Source of the DNA: an uncultured delta proteobacterium
GTDB taxonomy: Bacteria; Desulfobacterota; Syntrophorhabdia; Syntrophorhabdales; WCHB1-27
Assembly: GCA_963810935.1 (NCBI GenBank)
Contig: CAWEPK010000005.1
Location: 96,001 to 160,000 of the forward strand
Length of the DNA: 64,000 nucleotides
Direction of reading: 5' to 3'
Shown: piece by piece, positions 48,920-58,429 of the stretch
Position numbering within the stretch: position 1 is the first letter of the stretch
How the letters are laid out: the number at the start of each line of letters is the position of its first letter
The notes under the pieces: generated by a model
Databases searched by the model: none
What the model saw: the letters and a program-made list of their open reading frames with translations, nothing else
Told to the model about the DNA's origin: nothing
Position numbers and translations under genes: made by a program

Positions 48920-50241
48920 AGCATCATCTCCATTTTTTTTATCAGTTCCTCAGGGTCCCTCGCAAAAAGCCTGACAATCGGCTCTTTGCCGACGTCCCCT
49001 TTATCGTAAATGATATCGGGCGGTCCTTCCGCCTTCGCGAGGGCCGCCTCCACGAGAAAATCGAGGCTCTTGCCCTCTTTAACCTTCAGGGACTCGGGCT
49101 CCTTCTGCCTGTCCCAGAAAATGGCGGACAAGCCGCGCCCGCGCGCCTTTGCAAGGACGGCCTCGCCGTACTTGATATCGACAGCAGCGCGCCGGTCGGG
49201 ATAGCGCCTCATGTACGTCAGGCAGAGACGGGCCACGTGCGACGACGCCCCGAACTCCGGCGCCCCTTTGAAGTAAAGCTTCCCGTTGTGCACGCCTATC
49301 CGTCCGGGAAAGGCGGCGACGTCGGCCGTCGTGGCCGCACCCCGCAGGGCATAGCCCATATTCATCTGGACGGCGGGGACAAGGTCGGCGACGTCGAGCA
49401 CTGCGAGGCGTGCTGCCGCCTCGTTCATCGCCCGGATGACGGCCCATCTCTGGGCGTCCATACCCGCGACGCAGCCTGGGTCCGCATAGTAATAGGCGCC
49501 CTCGGCAGGCTGGTATGCTTCGCAAAAAAGCCTGTCAAGGAGCCGCTCGGTTTCTAAAAACGCCTCTCTTACGGGGTAGTCCAGGGCCATGTGGCAGAGG
49601 AGTGCGGCAGAGAAAAGGCAGCCCGTCCCATGGACGTTTTTATCGACCCTTTTTCTCCCGTACGCCGTTACCGCCCCGCCGTCGGAAAGGATGTCTACCG
49701 GGTCGCCGGAAGCGTGGCCGCCTTTAAGCACCACGTGCTTCGCGCCTTTTGCGCAGAGGGCGGCGGCGGCCTTCTCCATCGCGGCTGTATCGCCGATCCG
49801 GCTGCCTGTGAGGATTTGCGCCTCTTCTATGTTGGGCGTAAGCGACGGCCCGAGCGGCAGGAGCCGGCCGGCGAGTGCGGCCAACCCGTCGTCCGTCGTC
49901 AGCCTTACACCGTTCTTTGCGGCAAGCACGGGGTCGAGCACGAAGGGGACATCCCCGAGGGACGCCACGAGGTCGGCCACTTTTTCGACATAGGGAGCGT
50001 CCGGCAGGACCCCGACCTTGATGCCCGAAATGGGGAAAGCGTTCTTTGCAGCTTCAACCATCTCCGAGAATACCCCGACCGGCACCGGCTCGACGCGCTT
50101 TACGCCTTCGGGCCCCTGAACGACGTAAGCCGTCGGAACGGAGAGGCCGTGCAGGCCGAGGGAAGCAAAGACTTCCAGGTCTTTCGTTATACCCGCCCCG
50201 TGAGACAGGTCGTGGCCGGCGATGGTTAGAACGTATCTCAT
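48916..50241 (-). CDS. thiD: Bifunctional HMP/HMP-P kinase - thiamine-phosphate synthase ThiN fusion (ThiDN)
   Basis: VLTIAGHD, DPV, LTPN, LKGGH, HGTGC; C-terminal PAVQMN, FPGRI, FGASSHVAR, DVGKEP. Confidence 0.88.
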   Translation of the reverse strand: MRYVLTIAGHDLSHGAGITKDLEVFASLGLHGLSVPTAYVVQGPEGVKRVEPVPVGVFSEMVEAAKNAFPISGIKVGVLPDAPYVEKVADLVASLGDVPFVLDPVLAAKNGVRLTTDDGLAALAGRLLPLGPSLTPNIEEAQILTGSRIGDTAAMEKAAAALCAKGAKHVVLKGGHASGDPVDILSDGGAVTAYGRKRVDKNVHGTGCLFSAALLCHMALDYPVREAFLETERLLDRLFCEAYQPAEGAYYYADPGCVAGMDAQRWAVIRAMNEAAARLAVLDVADLVPAVQMNMGYALRGAATTADVAAFPGRIGVHNGKLYFKGAPEFGASSHVARLCLTYMRRYPDRRAAVDIKYGEAVLAKARGRGLSAIFWDRQKEPESLKVKEGKSLDFLVEAALAKAEGPPDIIYDKGDVGKEPIVRLFARDPEELIKKMEMML

Positions 50242-50412
50242 CGAATCTCTTTGCAAAAAGTTTGTTTGTCCCCGTCGTCTTCGTGAGTTTTAGCCGTGGG
50301 GAATGGCTCTAATATAGCACTTTTCCGGCTTGAAATATAGCTGAGAATCCGCCGGGCGGCACCAGGTAAAGGGATCGGAACCGGGCGGGTAAGACCTGGG
50401 AGGAACGGTCCT

Positions 50413-50736
50413 CTATGAGCGGATCATGACGAGGAGCATCTTCAAGGGGTCCACCGCCTTTATCGCGTGTTGCCTCTGTGCAGGTATGACAATCATCTCG
50501 CCCGTGTCGAGGACGTGCCTCTTGTCCTCTATGGCGATCTCGGCTCGTCCTTCCACTACGTAGGCAAAGGCATCGAAGGGAGAGCTGTGAGGGTTTAATC
50601 CCTGTCCCCGGTCGAAGGCGAACAGACTTATCGTGCCCGCCTGCCTGCTCGTGATCTCCCTGCTCACTATCGAGTCCTTCTGATAATCGACCAGGCTGGC
50701 CAGCCTTTCCCGCACGCCTGTCTCGCCTGCCTTCAT
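50413..50736 (-). CDS. Cupin domain protein
   Basis: SIVSR, LFAFDRGQGLNPHSSPFDA, IPAQRQHA. Confidence 0.9.
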   Translation of the reverse strand: MKAGETGVRERLASLVDYQKDSIVSREITSRQAGTISLFAFDRGQGLNPHSSPFDAFAYVVEGRAEIAIEDKRHVLDTGEMIVIPAQRQHAIKAVDPLKMLLVMIRS

Positions 50737-50898
50737 GAGAGGCCCCCCTTTTGGAATAATAAAACGATGCCTACATTATTTTATACTAACCATGCGCAAG
50801 CGGCTGCGCAACATTGGAGGCGACGGATAAGGGCCGTCAACAGGGCAGATTTTCGAGTTTTTCTTGACTCCCCCTGTCTTATCTGGTATTGTGAGGCG

Positions 50899-51516
50899 AT
50901 GAACCGGCAGGAAGTCAAAGATATCTATTCAAGGTATTCCTCTTTCTACGACCGCATTTTTTCTCATTTTTTTTTTCCAAGGATAAGACTCGGCATCGAT
51001 AGATCGCCTATAGGCAAAGGCGACCGGATTATCGAGGTGGGCATCGGAACGGGGCTCTCACTACCGCTCTATCCCAGCGGCTGCGAGATCGTAGGGATCG
51101 ACGTCACGAGAAAAATGCTCGAAAAGGCCCAGAAAAAGAAGGCGAAGCAGAAGCTCGACCACGTTGATCTCTTCGAGATGGACGCGGAGAACATGACGTT
51201 CAACGACAACAGCTTCGACCACGCAGTCGCCGCTTTCGTCGTCACCGTCGTCCCCAACCCGGAAAAGATGGTCTCGGAGATGAAGCGGGTGACGAAGCCG
51301 GGCGGCAGCATCGTAATCCTCAACCATTTTTGCAGCAAGAACTCCTTCCTTCACAAGATTGAAGACATATTCTCCCCGCTGTGCGAGAAGTGGGGGTGGA
51401 GGTCGGACGTCACCCTCGATTTGCTCTCGAACCATTGCAATCTCCAGATAAGCCAGGTGTTGAAGAAGAACAAGCTGGACCCCTGGTCCATAATCATAGC
51501 CACCAACAATAAATGA
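50899..51516 (+). CDS. Class I SAM methyltransferase, PmtA (phospholipid N-methyltransferase)-like
   Basis: YSSFYDRIF, IEVGIGTGLSL, MDAENM, VVTVVPNP, ILNHF. Confidence 0.75.
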   Translation: MNRQEVKDIYSRYSSFYDRIFSHFFFPRIRLGIDRSPIGKGDRIIEVGIGTGLSLPLYPSGCEIVGIDVTRKMLEKAQKKKAKQKLDHVDLFEMDAENMTFNDNSFDHAVAAFVVTVVPNPEKMVSEMKRVTKPGGSIVILNHFCSKNSFLHKIEDIFSPLCEKWGWRSDVTLDLLSNHCNLQISQVLKKNKLDPWSIIIATNNK

Positions 51517-51517
51517 G

Positions 51518-52330
51518 ATGAAGATAGCGGGCGTACAGTTTGCGTGTTCGGACGACAAGGAGAAGAACACGGAAAAAGCCTGCAAGATGATGGACATGGC
51601 GACCGGGGAGGGGGCGAAGATCGTCTGCTTCCAGGAGCTTTTCAACCTGTACTGGTTCCCGAGGAGCAGAGACAAAGGCGCATTCGCCCTCGCCGAGAAG
51701 ATCACGGGCCCGACGGTATCGCGCATGAGGGAGAAGGCCGCCGGTGCCGGCTCGGTGGTCGTCCTGCCGTTCTTCGAGAAAGAAGGCAAAACTTTTTATA
51801 ATAGCTGCGCGGTCATCGACGCGGACGGAGAAGTGGCAGGCGTATACCGCAAGATCCATGTCCCGGATATTCCGTTGTGGGAAGAGAAATTTTATTTTTC
51901 CACGGGTAACCTGGGCTTTCCCGTGTTTTCGACGCGCCACGGCCGCATCGGCGTCCAGATATCGTGGGACAATCTCATCCCGGAGTGCGCCAGGGTCCTG
52001 AGCCTCAAGGGCGCGGACATCATTTTCGCGCCGACCGCCTGCTCCTTCAAGTCGCAGCACATCTGGCAGACCGTCATAACTAGCAACGCCATCACGAACG
52101 CCTGTTTTGTCATGCGCGTCAACAGGGTGGGGAGCGAGGAAAGCCATGATTTTTACGGCATGAGCTTCAGCGCAAGCCCGGAAGGCGAGATGATAAGCGG
52201 GCCGACGGGCAGGGCCGACGGGATCATGCTTGCGGACGTGGACCAGGTACGGTTGGCCGAGATAAGGCGGGAATGGCCTATCATCAGGGAAAGGCGCCCG
52301 GCCCTTTACACCGAGATATGTAAGGAATAA
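51518..52330 (+). CDS. Carbon-nitrogen hydrolase (N-carbamoylputrescine amidase/beta-ureidopropionase-like) with Ser at the nucleophile position
   Basis: FQELF, YRKIHVP, EKFYF, GVQISWD, NRVG, RRPALY. Confidence 0.85.
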   Translation: MKIAGVQFACSDDKEKNTEKACKMMDMATGEGAKIVCFQELFNLYWFPRSRDKGAFALAEKITGPTVSRMREKAAGAGSVVVLPFFEKEGKTFYNSCAVIDADGEVAGVYRKIHVPDIPLWEEKFYFSTGNLGFPVFSTRHGRIGVQISWDNLIPECARVLSLKGADIIFAPTACSFKSQHIWQTVITSNAITNACFVMRVNRVGSEESHDFYGMSFSASPEGEMISGPTGRADGIMLADVDQVRLAEIRREWPIIRERRPALYTEICKE

Positions 52331-52454
52331 CGAAACCCGCACCGAGACTGCCCAGGGGCCTTATGCGAAGGCGGGCAACCAGGCTGCCGCCCGAAAAACG
52401 GCCCCTTCAGGAACTTTTCCGGCTAAGGGAACGGACTAAAGAAGGAGAAAACCC

Positions 52455-54146
52455 ATGATAAGAAAGCGGATTGCAGAATTGCTCGCCCGGTCTATCGAGC
52501 GCTGCAAGAGCGAGGGCCTTCTTCCCGCTGACATAGAGATCGAGCCTTCCATCGAGATGCCGAGGGAGAAAGGGCACGGCGATTATGCAGCCCCTATCGC
52601 CTTTCTCCTTGCGAAAAAAGCGCGGAAAAACCCGGAGGCTATCGCGCGCTGCCTTGTCGAGCGCATGGACGCCGGCGATTTGTGCACCACCGTGGAGGTT
52701 GCTGCCAAAGGCTTCATCAACTTCCACGTGGCAGACCGGGCGTTCCGCCAGGAGCTGGCGGATATACTCCGGCTGGGCCTCGACCCGTTCTTTTCAGATG
52801 TCGGCACCCGAAACAAAGTCATCCTGGAGTTCGTGAGCGCGAACCCGACGGGTCCGCTCCATATAGGGCACGGTAGGGGCGCGGCAGTCGGCGACGTACT
52901 GGCGAGCATACTCTCGAGGTCCGGATACCAGGTAAGCCGGGAGTATTATGTAAACGACGCGGGCAGGCAGATCGAGACCCTGGGACGGTCCGTCTACCTC
53001 AGGTGGAAGGAGCTTCAGGGGGGAAAGGTTGAGTACCCTAAAGACCTCTACCAGGGCGACTACGTCAGGGACATCGCGGCCATGCTCCTGCCCGATGCGG
53101 CCGGGGTGCCGGCGGGGGAGGATGAGGCGGTTGCCTTCATGGCCCGGTTCGCAGCGGACCTCGTGCTCTACGGCATAAAGCAAGACCTTGAGAGCTTCGG
53201 CGTATTCTTCGACAACTATTACAGGGAGAGCGGCCTTTTTGAAAGCGGCGCCGTGGAAGCGACCATCGATGAGTTGAAGGGGCGCGGGTGGCTCAAGGAT
53301 GAGGAGGGGGCCCTCTGGTTCAAAACGTCGGAGCTGGGCGACGAGAAAGACCGCGTCCTGATAAAATCGGGCGGCGAAAAGACGTACTTTGCGTCCGACA
53401 TGGCCTATCACAGGGATAAATTCGGCCGCGGCTTCGATGCGGCGATCGACATATGGGGGTCGGACCATCACGGCTACATTGAGCGGATGAAGGCGTCGCT
53501 GGAGGCGCTCGGCATCAGCAGGGACCGTCTCAAGGTGATCCTCATCCAGTTCGTTACGCTCCTGAAAGACGGTAAGCCCATCGGGATGTCCACGAGGGCC
53601 GGCCAGTTCACGACGCTCCGGGAAGTGCTCGACGAGGTGGGCAAGGACGCGGCCAGGTTCTTCTTCCTTATGCGGAAAAGCGACGCCCACCTGGAATTCG
53701 ATCTGGACCTCGCCAAAAAGACGTCCAATGAGAACCCCGTCTTTTACGTGCAGTATGCGCACGCACGCATCCAGTCCATATTCAGGACGGCGGCCGGGCA
53801 GGGCATCGACACGTACGCTATCGCCGCGGCCGACGTAGAAAGGCTGGAGCTGCCCGAAGAGATGGACCTGATAAAGGCAATCCTCAATTTCTTCGATGTC
53901 CTGGAGGGAAGCGCCAGGAGTCTGGAGCCGCACCGCATCACCTTCTACCTGATGGACCTGGTCGGCAAGTTCCACGGTTACTACAATAAGGCCCGGGTGC
54001 TGGGAAACGAGGCGGACCTCACCATGGCACGGCTCGCCTTGATCCTGGTGCTGCAACGGGTGATCGGGGAAGGCCTTTCAATCCTGGGCATTTCGGCGCC
54101 GGAGAGAATGGAGCGCAGCGATGAGGCCGGGGTGATAAATTCCTGA
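52455..54146 (+). CDS. argS: Arginine--tRNA ligase
   Basis: EFVSANPTGPLHIGHGR, GSDHHGY, MSTRAG, YVQYAHAR. Confidence 0.97.
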   Translation: MIRKRIAELLARSIERCKSEGLLPADIEIEPSIEMPREKGHGDYAAPIAFLLAKKARKNPEAIARCLVERMDAGDLCTTVEVAAKGFINFHVADRAFRQELADILRLGLDPFFSDVGTRNKVILEFVSANPTGPLHIGHGRGAAVGDVLASILSRSGYQVSREYYVNDAGRQIETLGRSVYLRWKELQGGKVEYPKDLYQGDYVRDIAAMLLPDAAGVPAGEDEAVAFMARFAADLVLYGIKQDLESFGVFFDNYYRESGLFESGAVEATIDELKGRGWLKDEEGALWFKTSELGDEKDRVLIKSGGEKTYFASDMAYHRDKFGRGFDAAIDIWGSDHHGYIERMKASLEALGISRDRLKVILIQFVTLLKDGKPIGMSTRAGQFTTLREVLDEVGKDAARFFFLMRKSDAHLEFDLDLAKKTSNENPVFYVQYAHARIQSIFRTAAGQGIDTYAIAAADVERLELPEEMDLIKAILNFFDVLEGSARSLEPHRITFYLMDLVGKFHGYYNKARVLGNEADLTMARLALILVLQRVIGEGLSILGISAPERMERSDEAGVINS

Positions 54147-54160
54147 TTTTAGGTTATAAT

Positions 54161-54206
54161 GACCCTCTGTAAGGGTCGCGGGGAGGGGGCGACGCGAGCC
54201 CCGGTA
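54161..54206 (+). repeat. Partial (3' half) copy of the structured intergenic repeat, in the lepB leader
   Basis: GACCCT-CTGTA-AGGGTC-GCG-GGGAGGGGGCGACGCGAGCCCCGGTAA directly after TATAAT (54155-54160). Confidence 0.5.
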
Positions 54207-54217
54207 ATGGAGAGCCA

Positions 54218-54838
54218 ATGAGACAAAAAAGCAAAACGCGGGAATACATCGAGTCCCTTCTTATCGCTGCGCTCATCGCCTTGTTCGTGCGTGGCTTCAT
54301 AGTGCAGGCGTTCAAGATCCCCTCAAGCTCCATGGAGCCCACCCTGCTCATCGGCGACCACCTGCTGGTCAACAGACTCAGCTATGTGACGAAAGTCCCG
54401 TTTACCGATACGGTTCTTCTCAACCTCGGCAACCCTGTAAAAGGCGACGTAATCGTTTTCCGCTATCCCGCAGACAGGAGCAAGGATTTCATAAAAAGGG
54501 TCATCGGGACCGAGGGAGACGTAATCCAAATAAAGGAAAAGGCCATTTACATCAACGGAAAGAAGGTGAGCGACTCACATGCCTTTTTCGCCGAAGAGAC
54601 GGTCATTCCCGGTGCTTTCTCGCAGCGCGACAACTTCGGGCCGATCACGGTCCCAAAGGACTCCTACTTCGTCATGGGCGACAACAGGGACAGGAGTCTC
54701 GACAGCAGGTTCTGGGGATTTGTGAAAAAAGAGGACCTGGTCGGACGTGCCCTCGTTATCTACTTCTCCTGGAACAGCAACGCTCCCGATATCATCCATC
54801 ATGTGCGATGGGATAGAATGGGAAGGGTGATACGGTAG
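54218..54838 (+). CDS. lepB: Signal peptidase I
   Basis: IPSSSMEPTL, FIKRVIG, GDNRDRSLDSRFWG. Confidence 0.96.
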   Translation: MRQKSKTREYIESLLIAALIALFVRGFIVQAFKIPSSSMEPTLLIGDHLLVNRLSYVTKVPFTDTVLLNLGNPVKGDVIVFRYPADRSKDFIKRVIGTEGDVIQIKEKAIYINGKKVSDSHAFFAEETVIPGAFSQRDNFGPITVPKDSYFVMGDNRDRSLDSRFWGFVKKEDLVGRALVIYFSWNSNAPDIIHHVRWDRMGRVIR

Positions 54839-54886
54839 CACCCTGTTGAATTTTGAATATTATTGAAAAAGAGGTATCATATTAAT

Positions 54887-56566
54887 ATGAAAAGGCTTCT
54901 GTTCGTCCTTTTCGTCGGTTTCATCGTTTTCGCTATTATCTCCCCGGCACTGGCCGCGCGGGGGCCGGGCGACGCCTTCTTCTCTTTCCTGAAGGGATAC
55001 AGGGAGGCGCAGGCGGGTAAATACGACGAGGCGCTGAAATCCTACAACTCCGCCCTCGCCTCCGACCCCGGTTCTTCGGCCATCAAAGGCGAGATGGCGT
55101 TGATTTACCTGAAGAAAGGCGAGTTCGAGAAGGCCGAGGGCCTGCTCCAGGAGGCCGTAAAGGTATCGCCCAAGAACCGGCATAGCTTAATGCTGCTCGC
55201 CGGCCTTTACTCTTCAAGGAACCAGTTCGACAAGGCGCGGCGCCTCTACGAAGAATGCATATCCATGGACAAAGAGGATACGGAGGCCTACCTGCTCCTC
55301 GGCTCCGTTGTGATAGCCCAGAAAAACTACCCGGAAGCTGCCGCTATTTACGAAAAAGTGCTCGCTTACGATGAAGACAACCTCATGGCCCTCTATTACG
55401 CGGGAAGGCTGCAAGGGGAGCTGAAGAACTACGACAAGGCGCGAAGCTACTACGAGAAGCTCCTTGGCCTGAAACCCAACTTCGAGCTCGCCCTGCTCGA
55501 CATAGCGACGCTCTCCGAGATGGAGGGCAAGCTGGACGCGGCAGTCGAATACTATAAGAGGGCCATCCAGGTGAACCCGGCGGGCAAGAAGGCCAGGGCG
55601 AGGATAGCAGCGATCTACATCCAGAAGAAAGATTACGACAGGGCAATCTTCGAGTTCGAGAAGCTGTCCGACCTCGACCGCGAAGACCTCTCGATAAGGG
55701 AAAACATCGGCCTTTTGCACCTCGAAAAAGGAAGGTACGAGCAGGCCATCCAGGAGTTCAGCCTGATCCTGGCCTCAAGGCCCAAAGACAACAAGGCAAG
55801 GCTTTACCTCGCCGTGGTTCTGCAGGAAAAGGGCGACCTGAAAAGGGCGACCGAGGAGTTCCTGAAAGTGGACCCCAAGACGGACGAGTTCCATTCCGCC
55901 TCCCGGAACCTCCTCGCTCTTTTTGTGAAGGAAGGCAAGGTCGACGATGGCCTGACGCAGGTAGAGGGGCTGATCGAGAAGACCGGCAAGAACGTCCCGC
56001 TCTTCCTGCTGAAGGCGGCCCTTCTCGAAGAGAAATCGGAGTATGCGGACGGCATCAAGGTCTTGGAGACTGCAAGGCAGATGGAACCGCAGAACGTGGA
56101 CCTTCTGTACCAGCTTGCCATGCTTTACGAGAAGAACGGGGATAACGCGACGGCGATGCGCTATATGGAAGACATACTGAAGACGGAGCCCGACAACGCC
56201 GGCGCGCTCAACTTCATAGGTTACAGCTTCGCAGAAAAAGGCATCAACCTCGATCGGGCCGAAGAGCTTATCAAGAAGGCCCTTGAGAAGAGGCCCGACG
56301 ACGGCTATATCATCGACAGCCTCGGCTGGGTCTTTTACAACAAGAAAGAGTACCCGAAGGCCCTGGTGGAGATGCTCAAGGCCCAGACCCTCGTCTCCGA
56401 CGATGGGGTCATCGCGGAGCACCTTTCGGATGTCTACGTGAAGCTCGGCCAGTACGACAAGGCGATAGAAATCCTTCGGCATTCGATAGGCCTCGAGAAA
56501 AAGCAGGACCGCAAGAAGGCCCTGGAAGAAAAACTGAAGGGCATAGAACAACAGAAGCGCAAGTGA
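54887..56566 (+). CDS. Exported tetratricopeptide repeat protein
   Basis: Signal peptide, many TPRs, ALNFIGYSFAE...YIIDSLGWVFY. Confidence 0.9.
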   Translation: MKRLLFVLFVGFIVFAIISPALAARGPGDAFFSFLKGYREAQAGKYDEALKSYNSALASDPGSSAIKGEMALIYLKKGEFEKAEGLLQEAVKVSPKNRHSLMLLAGLYSSRNQFDKARRLYEECISMDKEDTEAYLLLGSVVIAQKNYPEAAAIYEKVLAYDEDNLMALYYAGRLQGELKNYDKARSYYEKLLGLKPNFELALLDIATLSEMEGKLDAAVEYYKRAIQVNPAGKKARARIAAIYIQKKDYDRAIFEFEKLSDLDREDLSIRENIGLLHLEKGRYEQAIQEFSLILASRPKDNKARLYLAVVLQEKGDLKRATEEFLKVDPKTDEFHSASRNLLALFVKEGKVDDGLTQVEGLIEKTGKNVPLFLLKAALLEEKSEYADGIKVLETARQMEPQNVDLLYQLAMLYEKNGDNATAMRYMEDILKTEPDNAGALNFIGYSFAEKGINLDRAEELIKKALEKRPDDGYIIDSLGWVFYNKKEYPKALVEMLKAQTLVSDDGVIAEHLSDVYVKLGQYDKAIEILRHSIGLEKKQDRKKALEEKLKGIEQQKRK

Positions 56567-57075
56567 AGCGCCTACTACTGCTTGCCTCATTTTTAATTCT
56601 CCTCTCGGCCTGCGCGCTCGCCCCGCAAAAATTCGAAAGGCCGGAATGGCCGTCCGACATCACCTCCCTTACCGGCGAGGGCGACGTCGAAGTGACGTGG
56701 GCAAAGGAGCACTTTTCCGGGCCTTTCGTGGTTAAGATGCATTACCCCGGGTCATTCCTCTTCGAGGTGTTCGGCTCTTTCGGCCAGACCCTTCTGCATG
56801 TTGAAAAAGAAGACGGGCGATTCCTCCTTATGGCAGGCGACGAGAAAACGACCGACGAGTCTGTCTTCGAGAAGCGCTACGGCTTTTCCGTCAGCCGGCT
56901 GATGGACGACCTTTCGGCGAGGGGACGCAGGGAGGAGGCGCCGGGCGGCTGGGTGATAACGCGCGAGGGTTACAGCGTCCGCTACGGTCAGGACCGGCAC
57001 GGCCGCAGGAACGTCTGTTGGCAGGGCGAGAAGGGCACCATCTGCCTGACGTTCGACCGGATGGAATTCTCCTGA
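56563..57075 (+). CDS. Lipoprotein, LolB-like candidate
   Basis: Lipobox LSAC; beta-rich; FEVFGSFGQTL motif; GTGA-coupled to the TPR gene. Confidence 0.55.
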   Translation: MKRLLLLASFLILLSACALAPQKFERPEWPSDITSLTGEGDVEVTWAKEHFSGPFVVKMHYPGSFLFEVFGSFGQTLLHVEKEDGRFLLMAGDEKTTDESVFEKRYGFSVSRLMDDLSARGRREEAPGGWVITREGYSVRYGQDRHGRRNVCWQGEKGTICLTFDRMEFS

Positions 57076-57089
57076 TAATGCCTAAGTAG

Positions 57090-57119
57090 TATGACCCTGC
57101 TGCTTGCAGCAGGGTCATA
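57090..57119. terminator. Perfect 14-bp inverted repeat (terminator or part of the repeat element)
   Basis: TATGACCCTGCTGC-TT-GCAGCAGGGTCATA, starting 14 nt after the stop at 57075. Confidence 0.55.
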
Positions 57120-57194
57120 AAGCAAGCGTAGCGCCGCGCCGAGGGGGGAGGCTCTGCGAGCTTCGCTCGCGGAGGGGGCGCTGAGCCCCAATAA
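57117..57194 (+). repeat. Structured intergenic repeat (REP/MITE-like), copy A
   Basis: ATAAAGCAAGCGTAGCGCCGCGCCGAG...GGAGGGGGCGCTGAGCCCCAATAA; near-identical reverse complement at 60445-60523. Confidence 0.85.
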
Positions 57195-57333
57195 TTGCAT
57201 GTCGTAAAGTGTGCCAAACCTCCGGGTATGATAGTCGGATTGAAAGAACGCGGGGATGGAATGGGCGCGAAGAGGCGTTTATGCGGAGTGAACAGTAGTA
57301 TCTCAGCAGCAGGTTCAGGGAATCAACAAGTAT

Positions 57334-58398
57334 ATGTCTGAGATCGTCGCAGGCGGATGCCCAAGCTACGACGTGGACATTATTCAGGCCTTCCTGGCGC
57401 GGGCCTTCGCCGAATTCAACACGCTGCCCGCAGGCGGCAAAGTCCTTTTGAAACCCAACCTTCTCCTCGGGAAACCACCCGAAAAAGCCGTCAATACCCA
57501 CCCGATCTTAGTGCGTGCCGTTGCCCTCATGCTTTTGGAACGCGGGTGCTCCATTTTCGTCGGAGACAGCCCCGGTTATGAGTCGACCGAGAAGGCCCTG
57601 GAAAAATCGGGCATCATGGATATCGTGCGAGACCTGGGACTCCATGTCGCGCATTTCAACAAAAGAGTGCCAAAGGAGGTCGTGAAAGGCATCTCGCCGT
57701 ACAGGGAACTGACGTTCGGCGAGGACCCCCTCGACTTCGATTTTATAATCAACATGCCGAAGCTCAAAACCCACGCCATGGTGGGCCTGACTGCGGGCGT
57801 GAAGAACCTCTTCGGGTTCGTCCCCTCTCTCGGCAAGGCAAAATGGCACCTGCGGTGCGGGGCCGATAAGCGCCTTTTCACGTCACTGCTCTTGGACATA
57901 TACACTACGGTCGGACCCGGACTGACAGTCCTCGATGGCATTATCGCCATGGACGGCGAGGGGCCGACCAACGGCCGGCCGCGTAATTTAGGCATCGTTG
58001 CGGTCTCCGACGACGCCATTGCCCTCGACGCGTTCCTGGAGAAAAGGCTCTCGATACCCTTTCCGCTGCCCGTCTCCGTCATGGCCGCCGAGAAGGGATT
58101 ACTGAAGGAAGCGAACGTGGTCGATCTGGGTATGCCTGCGGTGCGGGATCTTCTGCTGCCGCCGTCAATGGAGGTCGACTGGAACCTTCCGCCCCTCATA
58201 AGAGAGACGGTCAGGCGCGTCTTCACGAGGAAGCCGAAGTGCGCCCGCAGGAAATGCAGCCTCTGCGGGACCTGCATAAACGTCTGTCCCGCAGGCGCTA
58301 TAGCCGGTGGGGAAACAAAAATCTCCTTCGATTATCACAAGTGCATCAGGTGTTTCTGCTGCAGCGAGATGTGCCCGGCCGGCGCGATCAGCGCTTAG
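57334..58398 (+). CDS. DUF362 domain protein with 2x[4Fe-4S] ferredoxin domain
   Basis: VLLKPNLL, THP, GDSPG, PKLKTH, KNLFG, MDGEGP; CSLCGTCINVCP, CIRCFCCSEMCP. Confidence 0.9.
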   Translation: MSEIVAGGCPSYDVDIIQAFLARAFAEFNTLPAGGKVLLKPNLLLGKPPEKAVNTHPILVRAVALMLLERGCSIFVGDSPGYESTEKALEKSGIMDIVRDLGLHVAHFNKRVPKEVVKGISPYRELTFGEDPLDFDFIINMPKLKTHAMVGLTAGVKNLFGFVPSLGKAKWHLRCGADKRLFTSLLLDIYTTVGPGLTVLDGIIAMDGEGPTNGRPRNLGIVAVSDDAIALDAFLEKRLSIPFPLPVSVMAAEKGLLKEANVVDLGMPAVRDLLLPPSMEVDWNLPPLIRETVRRVFTRKPKCARRKCSLCGTCINVCPAGAIAGGETKISFDYHKCIRCFCCSEMCPAGAISA

Positions 58399-58429
58399 AA
58401 ACCGGTGGTCCCGGGAACGGCCTTTCGTT

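Noticed and set aside
50339..50403. TPP-riboswitch-like words (GCTGAGA...GAACC...GGGTAAGACC...GGGAGG) near thiDN
   Set aside because: They are on the strand opposite thiDN/thiC and the P2/P4/P5 pairings are not convincing.
52331..52454. T-box or other leader RNA upstream of argS
   Set aside because: GC-rich hairpins are possible, but no T-box consensus or specifier loop is visible and the region is short.
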